Below are positions 46,447-57,014 of a stretch of 64,000 nucleotides of DNA, piece after piece (within the stretch, counting starts at the first letter, position 1; every line of letters starts with the position of its first letter). The notes beneath the pieces were generated by a model, which was not told the DNA's origin, did no database searches, and was given only the letters and a program-made list of their open reading frames with translations. Position numbers and translations under genes: made by a program. Source of the DNA: an uncultured delta proteobacterium (GTDB lineage: Bacteria > Desulfobacterota > Syntrophorhabdia > Syntrophorhabdales > WCHB1-27); the NCBI GenBank assembly GCA_963810935.1, contig CAWEPK010000012.1:416691-480690 (forward strand). Direction: 5' to 3'.

Positions 46447-47052
46447 TCAATCAAGCCCCATCCCCGCAAGGGCTTCTTTCGTTGTCGCCATGTCCTTATG
46501 GACGATGCCCTTTATCCCTAAGGAGCGCGCCACCTCAACGAAGAGCGAGCGGTCGTCTATATAGATAACGTTCTCTTTTTGCGCGAGCGAGATGTCGAGG
46601 GCGATGCGCCAGACGTCCGAATCGGGTTTCCTCAGATGGATGAAGCAGGAGCAGATGAAAAAATCGATCACCCGGCCGAGCCCGAACGTACGCACCCGGT
46701 GGACGGTCAGCTCGCGCCCCTCGTTGCTCACTGCCGCGACCTTGAGCCTGTGTCGCTCCTTCAGCCCCGCCACGTAGTCGAGCATGCCGGGGAGCGGCTT
46801 CGACCGGTCGTACATGAAGTCGCTGAATTCTTTGCGGCTGAACGGGCGCGGCTCGTAGAAAACGGTCCTGTCGAGGTATTCCGTAAGTGTGAGCTTGCCC
46901 TGCTCGTAGATGTCGAACGTGAGCCTGTGGCGCTCGTTCATCTCGTCATGGTCGATCTTGAAGACGCGGCAGGCCTCCTTGCGCATAGAGCGGTCCCACC
47001 CGTTCGTGAGAAGGACGCCGCCGATATCGATGAAGAGATGGGTGAATGGCAC
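46447..47052 (-). CDS. HAD family phosphatase
   Basis: DIGGVL, SN, RKP, IDD motifs. Confidence 0.9.
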   Translation of the reverse strand: MPFTHLFIDIGGVLLTNGWDRSMRKEACRVFKIDHDEMNERHRLTFDIYEQGKLTLTEYLDRTVFYEPRPFSRKEFSDFMYDRSKPLPGMLDYVAGLKERHRLKVAAVSNEGRELTVHRVRTFGLGRVIDFFICSCFIHLRKPDSDVWRIALDISLAQKENVIYIDDRSLFVEVARSLGIKGIVHKDMATTKEALAGMGLD

Positions 47053-47112
47053 GTTTGCCCCCCTTATAGCGGTCCTTCTTACGTAAATCTCTTTGTTTCG
47101 CGGCCTCCTCCC

Positions 47113-48945
47113 TCAAGCCTCGTAGGCCAGCGCCCTGTCGAAAAGGCGTATGAGGTGTGCGAGGCCCTTCCTTACGCTGTCGCCGAGGTCAACGCGCATA
47201 ACCCTGCGGCCGTGGTGCATCAGCGCCTCCAGGTCGCCCAGGGCCTGCGCCTTTTTGAAGACGCCGAACGAGTACGGCTTGCCCGGTATCGAGATGTCTA
47301 TCGGGTCGCGGCACGTGAGCTGGATGAAAAGCCCCGTGTTCGGGCCGCCCTTGTGGAGCTGGCCCGTCGAGTGGAGGAAGCGCGGCCCGTAGCCCAGCGT
47401 AGCCGCCAGCCCGAGGTCGTCCCGGAGCCTCCGGCGTATCGCCTGGAACGTGTTGTTCGTGGCCGTCTCCTCCGGCAGGTATGCCTGGAAGGCGATATAG
47501 TCGCCGGGCTTCCCCTGCGACAAAAACGACCAGAGCAATTCCTCCGGGCTGTCCTTGCCGTCCCGCGCGAAGAATGCCAAAGGCCCGTGCATCATGACCG
47601 GCGCGGGCTCCGTGAGCGAGCCCTTCTGAGCCACGCTCTTCAGTATGCGGTTAGTCGCGTCCTTGCTCTCCTGCACGTTGGGCTGGTCGAACGCGTTAAT
47701 GCCGATCATCGCGCCCGCGACCGCCGTCGCCATCTCCCACCGGAAAAACTCCTGGGCGATGGAGCGGTTATCGGCAAGCTCGATGTAAACGATGGGCAGG
47801 TTGGCCGCCTGTATCGCCGAGACCGCCGTCTCCATCCGGTCATGACCGTGCCCCCTGACGTACGCGTGCACGAAGAAGCGGTCCTCGCCGTAGACAACGG
47901 GCGCGCCTTCCGGCTCTCCCGCGACAGGCACGATGCCCGTACCGTCCTTGCCCGTGCTCTCCGCGATCAACTGCTCCAGCCACATGCCGAGGGTCGAGAG
48001 GTCGTCAGGCAGAAGGAAGGTGACCTTGTCGCGCCCTGCTGCGGCCATGGCCCCCATCACGGCGCCAAGGACCAGGGCCGGGTTCTCCTCGGCAGGCACG
48101 GACGGCCCGCATGCCTCGACCATATGCATCGCTTCTTCAAGAAGGCGCTCGATATCGACGCCCAGGAGCGCGGCAGGCACGAGGCCGAAATTGGAGAGAG
48201 CGGAGTACCGCCCGCCTACGTCCGCAAAGCCGGGGAAGATACGGCGGAAGTTCTTATTGCGCGCCGATTCTTCAAGGGCCGAGCCGGGGTCGGTGATCGC
48301 GACAAAATTACGGCCCGGATGGGCGTTCACCGATTTTACCCTGTCGAAGAAATAATCCTCGAACGCCATGGGCTCGGCGGTCGTGCCGGACTTGCTGGCG
48401 ACGATGAAAAGCGTCTTCTCCATGTCGAGCTTCCGGTCGAGGGTCGCGATTATCGCGGGGTCCGTCGTGTCGAGCACGGTCAGGGGCAGGCCGTGCGTGT
48501 TAGGATGGAACATCTGCCTGAAAACGAGCGGCGCGAGGCTGGAGCCTCCCATGCCCATGTGGACGACGCGCACAAACCCCGCTGCCTTGACCTCGCGGGC
48601 GAACGCCATAAGGCCGGCCGCATGCTCCTTCATTTTTGCGGGCGCGTCGAGCCACCCCAGCGCCGACGGTATGGAGGCGGCCACTGCCTTGTCTTTCGAC
48701 CATAAGCTGCCGTCCTTCTCCCAGAGGCGCTCCACCAGGCGGTCGCCTTTCAGTTTCGCAATCGCCGGTGCGAGGTGCTTCGTCTGGAAGGAGGCTGCGC
48801 TTACGCTGCTTTCCACCATGGTCCGCCCTTCTTCGAGGCCGATCACCCCTTCCGTCCCCAGGTACAGGGTCTGGCGGTTGATGGGGACGCCGGGCGCGTT
48901 CTCTAAAAGCCCGGCTGCCGCTGCCGACTTATCCTTTTTACCCAT
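47113..48945 (-). CDS. pgi: Glucose-6-phosphate isomerase (Tal-Pgi C-terminal type)
   Basis: GMGGSSL, SKSGTT, VGGRYS, QLIAESTGK, FDQPNV, GPRFLHSTGQ. Confidence 0.9.
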   Translation of the reverse strand: MGKKDKSAAAAGLLENAPGVPINRQTLYLGTEGVIGLEEGRTMVESSVSAASFQTKHLAPAIAKLKGDRLVERLWEKDGSLWSKDKAVAASIPSALGWLDAPAKMKEHAAGLMAFAREVKAAGFVRVVHMGMGGSSLAPLVFRQMFHPNTHGLPLTVLDTTDPAIIATLDRKLDMEKTLFIVASKSGTTAEPMAFEDYFFDRVKSVNAHPGRNFVAITDPGSALEESARNKNFRRIFPGFADVGGRYSALSNFGLVPAALLGVDIERLLEEAMHMVEACGPSVPAEENPALVLGAVMGAMAAAGRDKVTFLLPDDLSTLGMWLEQLIAESTGKDGTGIVPVAGEPEGAPVVYGEDRFFVHAYVRGHGHDRMETAVSAIQAANLPIVYIELADNRSIAQEFFRWEMATAVAGAMIGINAFDQPNVQESKDATNRILKSVAQKGSLTEPAPVMMHGPLAFFARDGKDSPEELLWSFLSQGKPGDYIAFQAYLPEETATNNTFQAIRRRLRDDLGLAATLGYGPRFLHSTGQLHKGGPNTGLFIQLTCRDPIDISIPGKPYSFGVFKKAQALGDLEALMHHGRRVMRVDLGDSVRKGLAHLIRLFDRALAYEA

Positions 48946-48949
48946 CGCC

Positions 48950-49399
48950 TTACTCCTTTCTCTCTAACTGCCTGATCTTGTCGAGGCGGCGCGAGAAGCG
49001 CTCCGCCCCCTTGAAGCGGGCCGACAGGAAGGCCGCTGCCAGCTCCCACGCAAACTGCGCCGCGACCACCCGGCCGCCCAGGCAGATGACGTTCATGTCG
49101 TCGTCCTCTACACCCTGGTGCGCGGAGAAGGTGTCATGGACGAGGGCCGCCCGGACACCCGCCACCTTGTTCGCCGCGATGCAGGCGCCGACCCCGCTGC
49201 CGCAGACCGCTATGCCGCGCTCGACGCGCCCGTCCGCAACAGCGCGCGCCATGGGGACGACGTAATCTGGATAGTCGTCGCCCGGCGCAAGGGTAAGAGG
49301 GCCGAAGTCCTCTACCTCATGGCCTGCCGCCTTTACGAGCGCTGCAAGCTCTCCTTTCAATCCGAATCCGCCGTGGTCTCCCGAAAGGCCTACGCGCAT
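48950..49399 (-). CDS. rpiB: Ribose-5-phosphate isomerase B
   Basis: DHGG, DDYPD, CGSGVG, ANK. Confidence 0.93.
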   Translation of the reverse strand: MRVGLSGDHGGFGLKGELAALVKAAGHEVEDFGPLTLAPGDDYPDYVVPMARAVADGRVERGIAVCGSGVGACIAANKVAGVRAALVHDTFSAHQGVEDDDMNVICLGGRVVAAQFAWELAAAFLSARFKGAERFSRRLDKIRQLERKE

Positions 49400-49439
49400 A
49401 CCTGCTACCCCTTTATATGACCGGCCTTGCGGCCGGGCT

Positions 49440-50405
49440 TCACGTCCCGGTCCTCTCAAGGGCGAGGCTGGCCGCGCCTACTACACCCGCCTGCCTGCCG
49501 AGTGCTGCCGGCGCCACCTCGACGCCTGCCGCAGCGGCAGGCAGGGCATAAAGGTCGATATCTTCGCGCACCCTGCGGATCAGGCCGGGCACGCCCTCGA
49601 TGATCCCGCCGCCCAGTATCAGCCTGCATGGGTTGAACGCGTTTATCAGGCTCACGCAGCCCGCACTGAACGCCTTACCGGCTGCATCGAGGATGCGCAG
49701 GGCAAGGGCCTCGCAGCGGGCCGCCACATTTGCCACCGTCTCCGCAGTCACGGCCTCTATCGCGCCCCCGGCAGCCTCCAGCAGCGCATCCGACCCTTCC
49801 ACGCCCTCTTCTATCGCAGCCCGCGCAGCCCGGCCGATGGCCCAGCCGCCGGCGAGGGCCTCCATGCAGCCCCTGCCGCCGCACGTGCAAGGCGGTCCTT
49901 CGACCTCGACCACGATGTGGCCTATCTCGCCCGCCGTGTTCGTGCAGCCTTCGAGCATCCGCCCTCCGCTTACGATGCCGCCGCCTATGCCTGTGCCCGC
50001 GAAGACACAGACAAGGTCGTTAAACCCGCGCCCCGCGCCGTGCCGCCACTCGCCGAACGCGGCAGCCCGAACGTCGTTGGTCACTATAACATCAACGCCG
50101 AGGGCCGCCTTTAGGTCCGCAGCCAGCGGCACGTTCTTCCATTGCAGGTTCGGCGCGAAAATAACAGCGCCGGTCGCCGCGTCGATCTGCCCGGCCATGC
50201 CTACCCCGACACCCGCAGGGGCCGAGCCTGCCTTTTGTGCGAGCGCCCTTACCGCCTCCGCTATGGCGGACATGACGCCCTTCGGCCCTGAAGCCACGTC
50301 CGTGGCCGTCCTTATCGAGTCCCCAACGATGCCGTGACCATCGACCGAGGCCGCCTCTATCTTAGTGCCGCCTACGTCGATGCCCGCAGCCCATCGCCCC
50401 TTCAT
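49440..50405 (-). CDS. glk: ROK family glucokinase
   Basis: GIDVGGTK, NDV, GTGIGGG, GEIGH, CTCGGRGCME. Confidence 0.9.
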   Translation of the reverse strand: MKGRWAAGIDVGGTKIEAASVDGHGIVGDSIRTATDVASGPKGVMSAIAEAVRALAQKAGSAPAGVGVGMAGQIDAATGAVIFAPNLQWKNVPLAADLKAALGVDVIVTNDVRAAAFGEWRHGAGRGFNDLVCVFAGTGIGGGIVSGGRMLEGCTNTAGEIGHIVVEVEGPPCTCGGRGCMEALAGGWAIGRAARAAIEEGVEGSDALLEAAGGAIEAVTAETVANVAARCEALALRILDAAGKAFSAGCVSLINAFNPCRLILGGGIIEGVPGLIRRVREDIDLYALPAAAAGVEVAPAALGRQAGVVGAASLALERTGT

Positions 50406-50564
50406 GGCTCGCACCCCCTGTCTATAACTTGGAGCTTCCGCTTCTAAGTTGCAAGCACAAAAGAATATGCCTTCTGCGCGGGGCTATGTTTGTGTTGATT
50501 TTATGCTTCGCGCCGGCCAGCCGGGACCGGCGCGAAAAATGGATTTGCGAAACCCGAACAGCCC

Positions 50565-50993
50565 CTATCGTTGGACGACCCAGGCGAGGATGTTCTTCTT
50601 TGTGCCCCCGTCCCGCCTGTACTCGACGTCCCTGATATACCTCTTCATCACCTTGGTCGAAGGCGCCTCGCCCTCCAATCCGTGCACTTCCGGGAACGTG
50701 CTCAAAAGCAGCATATTGAAAGGCTCGCACGTGTCTATGATGTTGAGCACAATGGAGCCCATCTCGTGCGCCCGGCACGTTATCGTGATCTCCTCGGTGC
50801 CTGAAGTGCAGGCGAACCGGACGATATTTCCGAGCGCCTCATTGAGGGCCAGACCGATCAGGCCGATCCTCTCTTCCGTGAACATCAGGGCCCGCGCGTA
50901 CTCCGAGACAAACTCCACGAGCCGGGGGATGGACTCCCCGGCGGCCTTTACCGTGATCTCTTCAAGTATTTCGCCGCTGACTTCTTGCTTCAT
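50565..50993 (-). CDS. HATPase_c_2 (RsbW-like) ATP-binding protein
   Basis: LALNEALGNIV, D..EPFN; the G-box looks degenerate. Confidence 0.7.
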   Translation of the reverse strand: MKQEVSGEILEEITVKAAGESIPRLVEFVSEYARALMFTEERIGLIGLALNEALGNIVRFACTSGTEEITITCRAHEMGSIVLNIIDTCEPFNMLLLSTFPEVHGLEGEAPSTKVMKRYIRDVEYRRDGGTKKNILAWVVQR

Positions 50994-51205
50994 CTATAGC
51001 TCCTCAATAGTTGTGGTTGTCGATGGGTGATAGTCTACAACAGACCGGCCCCGCTTCTCCACATTGCGTCCCGTGGGACATTTTTTTGTTGCTTTTATAC
51101 GCCGGATATTGCAAGAATGTGTTGGGGAAGGGGGGAGTACCCATTGACGTGCGCATAGAAGCGAACGCCAGGGCTACAATTTCACAAAAAGAACAGGTCT
51201 TTTTC

Positions 51206-51523
51206 ATGAGCAGGGACGGATGGACGTTCCTGTATTGGGCGGATATCCCTGTCACGATGGCGGTAATGGAGTCGTCGCAAGGGGAAACGGCGTATGTCTA
51301 CCCCAAAGGGGACGTATCGATAAGAAACAGGCCCACGGCCGTTCGGGACTTGCGCAGCCTTTATTACCGGCGGACATGGCGGGAGGGCCTCAAGGGCCTG
51401 TTCTCCGGGGAAAGCCGGCGCATGAAAGGCGGACACGCGGAAAAGACGGCCCCGCGCGGTTCGATCGTGTCGAGGATCGTAGAGAAGATATCCGCCGAAT
51501 ATTTATTAATGTCCGGCCTATAG
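51206..51523 (+). CDS. Hypothetical protein
   Basis: ORF filling the gap; no recognisable motif. Confidence 0.45.
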   Translation: MSRDGWTFLYWADIPVTMAVMESSQGETAYVYPKGDVSIRNRPTAVRDLRSLYYRRTWREGLKGLFSGESRRMKGGHAEKTAPRGSIVSRIVEKISAEYLLMSGL

Positions 51524-51593
51524 CGGCTTTTCAGAAAAGTACCGGCCCAAAGCCGGTTTTCGCGCCTTAGCCAAACCGTTACAATCTGCCGGA

Positions 51594-51824
51594 TCATTTT
51601 CCAAGGATGGCGACCGTCATTTGGAACGGACGTCCCTGGTAATCCGTGTCCGTCTGCTGCCCCAGGTGGAGGAGCCTGTAGCCGTGGTCCTCGATATAAT
51701 GGTTTACCGACGCGGCAAACCCGTTCCCCCCGATGCGAAAATCACCGCAATACTCGCAGCCCCTGTTTTCGTCGCTGTTTACGCTGACGACATGGCTGAT
51801 GCCGTCGCAGAAACCGTTGTCCAT
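51594..51824 (-). CDS. Small hypothetical protein (CxxC...H...H)
   Basis: AAGGGGG RBS; CEYC, NHYIEDH. Confidence 0.55.
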   Translation of the reverse strand: MDNGFCDGISHVVSVNSDENRGCEYCGDFRIGGNGFAASVNHYIEDHGYRLLHLGQQTDTDYQGRPFQMTVAILGK

Positions 51825-51939
51825 TGCGATCCCCCTTTTTTGCTTTCGGTTTCCCCCGAAACCGGTGAGGCGTGCCGGCTCACCCTAATTGCATATCAGG
51901 AAGGGCCGGGCAGAGTCAAGATGATTCGTTATGAGTGTT

Positions 51940-53738
51940 TCAGCGGGTAATACGCCGCGAAGACCGCGAAAGGCTTACGGCCCCCGTCAAGACTATTACG
52001 AATAGCGCGAACGATGATGAAATAGGATATTCGGCGAACAGGACAACAGACGTCAGCAGACACCGCGTAGCCACCCGCGCCGTCTCATGGCGGGCGATAA
52101 AACGCGCGGCCGGGGGAGACCAGGCGTAGTACAACGCGATCACCTTTCTCCCTGCGGCATTGCCCGCGAGGCGCTTATCCCTGAAAACACGCAGGACCAC
52201 AACACGCGGGTCGAGGTACGAGCCGTAGGCCGCTGTGGCTATGAAGCAGCCTCCGCCGCCGCCTCCGCCTCCGCCACTATCGGCTCCTGCCCCGCCTGCG
52301 CTTCCAAAAGACGGCGGGGATGCAGGCCCCACCGGGTCTACGATTACGCCGTTCGGAACGCCGTCGGAATCGCCGGCGCCGCCGTCCTGAAGGGTAAGGG
52401 TCACGGTGTTCCCATTTATCACTGCGTTCGTATATCCATAGAAACGACTGGAGTTGACTTTGTAGACCGCTGTGCCCGAGGCAAGCGCGTTGGGGTACGT
52501 AATGGAAACGGAGGCCGTCTGGCCCGCCGTGGGTACTGAGAGCGAATACGTTACCAGGCCCTGGGAAAAGACCAATCCCGACGGCTTGCCCGTCTGGTTG
52601 AGGCTCGCGTCCGTATCGGAGAGGGCCGCGAAGCTCGTGAAATAGGCGCCGGACGTGGGCGTCGAAAGTGTGGCCGGCCCGGTGCCGGTAAATGTGTTGA
52701 ATACGACCCTGCTGGCTACATAACTGAAACTGACTGTCCTGAATTCCCTGGAATAAGTAACGGACCCGTTGTCGCATGCATAGTTCATGTTCATCTTCAT
52801 GTAAAGAAGGCCATCGGGACGCCCGCTTGTGGCCCCCCAGCTATTCATAAGCACCCAGTAGTGATTGTCCGGGTTCGCGTCCGTGTCGTCGTAGCCGACG
52901 AGGACGACCCCGTGGCCCGCGCCGCCCGCCGAATCGCTGTATGCAACACCGCAGTAAGTATCAGGGTCCCAGACCGTGCTCTCCGGCTGGTTGTCCCAGA
53001 AATCGAAGAAGGCGTTCCAGGCGGTGTTGTTGGGCAGGTAAAAATCGAATTCTATCGCCTGCCCCCCGTTCAATACGGTCTTTATGTTCGATACCGCCTG
53101 GTCCGTAGTTACGCTGTATGTCGATACCGTCTGCACCTGTCCGGGCGGGTTCAGGAAGGTGTAGCGCGGGGTGGTGGCGATTGCGCTGCACGCCCCGCAT
53201 ACGCTGGCGCTGCTCGCACTGTAAGAAGCGCCCGTGTTCGACCAGGGGACCGCGAATTGGTGCTGTGACCCGGCGTACCAGTTGCGTAAATCCGTTAAGT
53301 CGCCTCCGTTGCAGACCGAGCACGCGCTACCCTGTGCTCCCTGGCCCGTGCTGCACGAATCGTAGTACTGGACCGAGAGCCGGTCGGTAACGCCCGTCTG
53401 CCAGCCCAGGGCTATCTCCATCACGCCTGTCCCCGCCCAAACCCAGCAGTTGCCGCACGAGCCCTGGTTGCGATCGGCCATGTTCGACGCGTTCCAGGGC
53501 GAATAACCGAGAAGGTCGAAAGAGGTGCCCGACCCTGAGGAGACGTTTAGAGCAGAGACGGCGGCGATCTGATCGATAGTCGGCACGCGGGGCGCATTGG
53601 CGTAGGCGTCCATTCGCGCTTGCAGCGTGTCCGCATCGGGCCGCATGACTCCGTGCCGGTAAGGCGGGTTCTGCGCAAAAACGGGCAGCGCAAAAAGAAC
53701 GGCAAGGCAGACAGCGGCTGCTTTAGCGCGTTGCGCAC
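51940..53738 (-). CDS. Papain-like C1 cysteine peptidase with choice-of-anchor-U-like domain and CFI-box-CTERM (probable frameshift near 53723)
   Basis: QGSCGNCW, GHGVVLVGY, NSWG triad; DGGAGDSDG..NGVIVDP; GGGGCFIATAAYGS; GGAGG-GTG start at 53738 is one base out of frame. Confidence 0.85.
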
Positions 53739-53741
53739 GTT

Positions 53742-54134
53742 TTACCCTCCAGGCGCCGGGAAATCGAACAATACCGGGGTGCACGTGCCCTTGACGATGA
53801 CCTGCATGACGCCTTTAACCCGCGCGCCCGGCGTCAATCCGTATGCCTGCACGTCTTTTTCATCGGGCTGCCTGGTGAGGTCAAGAAGAAATAGGAATTG
53901 CCGGTCGCCGGGGGCGGCGAACGATTGGGTAACCTTGCGGTCGGGGTGGAAAATGAAGCGCACGTCAAAACGCCTGTGCGCTACGTCTCCGGCGGGCAGC
54001 TCTTTCACGGATACGATCTGGGCGAAGCCGGGGTAGCTTTCGTAGGCGCAGGCCCCGCCGACCTTGCCGGACGTCTGGCCGGACGCGGGGGCAGCAAGCA
54101 GGCAGGCGGCAGCGACAACCCACGCTAAAAACAT
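53742..54134 (-). CDS. Exported hypothetical protein
   Basis: Signal peptide; GGAC and GTCTP cysteines. Confidence 0.6.
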   Translation of the reverse strand: MFLAWVVAAACLLAAPASGQTSGKVGGACAYESYPGFAQIVSVKELPAGDVAHRRFDVRFIFHPDRKVTQSFAAPGDRQFLFLLDLTRQPDEKDVQAYGLTPGARVKGVMQVIVKGTCTPVLFDFPAPGG

Positions 54135-54437
54135 AAAATCACGAACCTGCTTCGGGTATGGTGCGTATCCCCACAAAGCTGATAACTCCAAATCCGGCTC
54201 ATTCTCCTATGCAGCACGCGGCGGTGTCAAGAAAAATCTTTGTAACCGTTTTACTTTGTGGATCCGTCAAGAAACGACCTGGGCCTCCCATATTATTATA
54301 CAAACGGACCCGTCCAGGCAACCGCTCATTGGTTTGAGCTTCTTTTCGTATATCGGTTCAGCAACCGATGGATGTCACACCGCGTATCATGCTAAAATTG
54401 GTCAGATACAAGGCACTATGACAACCACGAGCGAGCC

Positions 54438-55124
54438 ATGATCAAAGACATCTACCGCGTCGCAGGCGCAGATATAACCGACCAGCGGGACTGCAACGTC
54501 TACCTTATCGACGCAGGCTCCGACGCCATATTAATCGACGCGGGCTTCGGCGCCGCCCTCGACCGTACGATTGCCAACATCCGGGACGCGGGCGTATCCC
54601 CCGCCTCCGTCTCGCGCATCATCCTCACCCATTGCCATCTCGACCACATCAACGCCGCCGCTGCCCTGCGCGAGCGGCTCGGCTGCCGCCTCGTCATGCA
54701 CGAGTTGGACGCGGACATCGTGGAGGCCGGAGACAACCGTCTCACCGCCGCCTTTTGCTTCGACGTGGTCTTCCGGCCGCTCCATATCGACGAGCGCGTA
54801 TGCGGCGAGGAGGGCAAGATCCCCTTCGGCGGAGGCGACGTCTCTTTCATCCATATCCCCGGCCACACGCCCGGCTCCATCGCGCTCTTTATCGAGGACG
54901 GAGGCAAGAAGGTGCTCTTCGGCCAGGATATAGCCGCGCCGCTCCTCCCGGACTTCGACTGCGACACGGCCGCCTGGCGCGCATCCATGGAGAAGCTCCT
55001 CGCCCTCGATGCGGACGTCCTATGCGACGGCCATTCCGGCATCTACCAGCCGGCCCGCTCCGTCGCCGCCTACATCCGCCACTTCATCCGTCAAAACGGG
55101 GACAAGGGGACAGCGGGCAAGTAA
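54438..55124 (+). CDS. MBL-fold metallo-hydrolase
   Basis: THCHLDH, PGHTPGS, GH. Confidence 0.92.
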   Translation: MIKDIYRVAGADITDQRDCNVYLIDAGSDAILIDAGFGAALDRTIANIRDAGVSPASVSRIILTHCHLDHINAAAALRERLGCRLVMHELDADIVEAGDNRLTAAFCFDVVFRPLHIDERVCGEEGKIPFGGGDVSFIHIPGHTPGSIALFIEDGGKKVLFGQDIAAPLLPDFDCDTAAWRASMEKLLALDADVLCDGHSGIYQPARSVAAYIRHFIRQNGDKGTAGK

Positions 55125-55148
55125 GCCCGTAACCAAAGGAGGTTTCGC

Positions 55149-55820
55149 ATGACAAGGAAGATCATCGTGACGGCAATTGCCCTGGCGTGCCTGTGCGTAG
55201 TTTTCGCGGGCCGCGCGTACTGCCAGACGCCGCTAACAATACAGGACACGAAAGGATACCGGGGCGAGACGAAAGACGGCAAGCCTAACGGCCAGGGGGT
55301 ATATGCGTGGCCCGACGGGCGCCAATACACGGGAGAGTGGAAAGACGGCTCGGCCGACGGCCACGGCACGCTTACCCTCGGGGATGGAAAGAAGTACGAA
55401 GGCCAGTTCAAAAAAGGCATCCGCACAGGCCAGGGGATGTACACATGGCCCGACGGGATGCAGTATGCGGGTGAATGGAAGGACGATCTCATAGCCGGCC
55501 AGGGGGCGTTCAGGTGGCCGGACGGCAGAAGATACGAAGGCCAGTTCACGAACGGCATGCGCAACGGCCAGGGCGTCTTCACATGGGCGGACGGGAACCA
55601 GTACGCGGGTGAATGGAAGGACGACAAGCGCAGCGGTTTCGGTGTTCAGACCTGGCCTAACGGGCAGACCTATGAGGGCGAATGGAAGGACGAGAAAATG
55701 GAAGGCAATGGGATACTCACCTGCCCGTCCGGGTTAACCGTCTCCGGCGTCTGGCGCCAGGGCCTGCTGGATGGCGCATGGCCGAAGTGCGACGCCATGC
55801 CGGGGGTAAGAAAGTTCTGA
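55149..55820 (+). CDS. Exported MORN-repeat protein
   Basis: Signal peptide; repeated Y.G.WK.....G.G...WPDG. Confidence 0.92.
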   Translation: MTRKIIVTAIALACLCVVFAGRAYCQTPLTIQDTKGYRGETKDGKPNGQGVYAWPDGRQYTGEWKDGSADGHGTLTLGDGKKYEGQFKKGIRTGQGMYTWPDGMQYAGEWKDDLIAGQGAFRWPDGRRYEGQFTNGMRNGQGVFTWADGNQYAGEWKDDKRSGFGVQTWPNGQTYEGEWKDEKMEGNGILTCPSGLTVSGVWRQGLLDGAWPKCDAMPGVRKF

Positions 55821-55939
55821 GAGACAGCGTTCAACAGGATGATCGGAATTATAATTGAACGCTGTACGGGAACGGCGGGCAAGGATGCGGATGTTTGATA
55901 TCGACAAATAGAGCCGCTGCGAAGGCCAGGTGACCGTCT

Positions 55940-56558
55940 ATGAAAAACCCCATATATGGCTTCAGGTGTGTGATCGGTCTCTTGCTATTCATGCTTCTTG
56001 CGGGTCTTTCGGCCTGTAGCACGCCGCTTGAGAAAAGGCTCGATCTTACCGGATATCAGCCGGCCGTGCAGGCTGTGAAAGGGTCCGGTGAAGTCTATTT
56101 AGCAAGACCGGTTCTCGAGGAAAAACTTCCGGTCCTCCCCGGCGGTCGTGTCGTCCTGGGTTACGTTGAGGGGACCGGGGAGCGAGCTAGTTACGCAGGA
56201 TGAACTCTCCGCATGGGTGGCCGGGGCCCTTGCCGGAGAGCTGCAATCAGCGGGTTATGACGTGAGGCGGACGTCCAGCTTGCCGGAACGCGTTCGCAGG
56301 GGCGTCGTCGTGAAGATTGTACGCCTGTCGGTGCGCCAGAAGAACGGGCTTCTCCTTGCCACATCAACGGACATTAACCTGGCCGTCGACGTCTGGAAAG
56401 ACGGCCGCCTTATCAAAACGCTTACCGCAGGCGCAGACAGCAAGGACGAAGGGATCGACAGGTCGGGCGACTTCGCGGCCGCGTCCCTTAGAAGACAACT
56501 ACAGTCGGTCATGCAGGAACTAGTGCCGGACATCGTAAAGACGCTTTCATCTCCCTGA
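55940..56558 (+). CDS. Lipoprotein, with a frameshift in the G-run near 56178
   Basis: Lipobox LSAC; ORFs 55940-56203 and 56148-56558 join if one G is removed. Confidence 0.65.
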
Positions 56559-56665
56559 AGTCCGGGCCCGTTATCTTTTGCGGTCTTTGCATCCGCTTCT
56601 CCCCTTTATGCCGCCTTAATCCTGTGCCTCGGGACCGGCACCCGTCAGCCTGAGCAATCTTTTTA

Positions 56666-56745
56666 TTGACAATCGCCAAAACTCAGGAATATAGTTTGTA
56701 CACCAATTGTTTGTACACTGATATTATCCATACATATGGTATGGA
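56666..56745 (+). promoter_or_regulatory. sigma70 promoter with tandem operator-like repeats and a palindrome
   Basis: TTGACA-N18-TATAGT; GTTTGTACAC at 56694 and 56709; TCCATAC-N5-GTATGGA at 56727-56745. Confidence 0.65.
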
Positions 56746-56755
56746 AGGGGAACCG

Positions 56756-56836
56756 ATGAGGCAGACAGGCCGGGACTTCGAGCTTCTGGAAACGGTTCAA
56801 TCTCTCCGTCGTATCTTCAAGGCCATTCAGGATTGA
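56756..56836 (+). pseudogene. Truncated MarR-like regulator (first 26 aa)
   Basis: MRQTGRDFELLETVQSLRRIFKAIQD* resembles MarR helix 1; good RBS. Confidence 0.5.
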
Positions 56837-57014
56837 TACACGGGCTGAGAATTATGGAAGGCGCAGACATGCACCCGATCTATCGGTCTATAAAACAACC
56901 GGCGGAAATCGCGGAAGCCGAGAGCGTGCAGGTTACTTTCTTTTTCGACGAGGAATAAGCTGGTTCTGAGGAGATCGGAACCGAGTTGTCATCAAAAACA
57001 AAGGAGGCCAAGTA

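Noticed and set aside
46579..48705. Long antisense ORFs (also 16260-17834, 27405-28775, 59891-61507)
   Set aside because: Shadow frames of GC-rich genes with no recognisable motifs
55250..55720. Periodic nucleotide repeats of about 69 bp
   Set aside because: Explained by MORN protein repeats; not a CRISPR array
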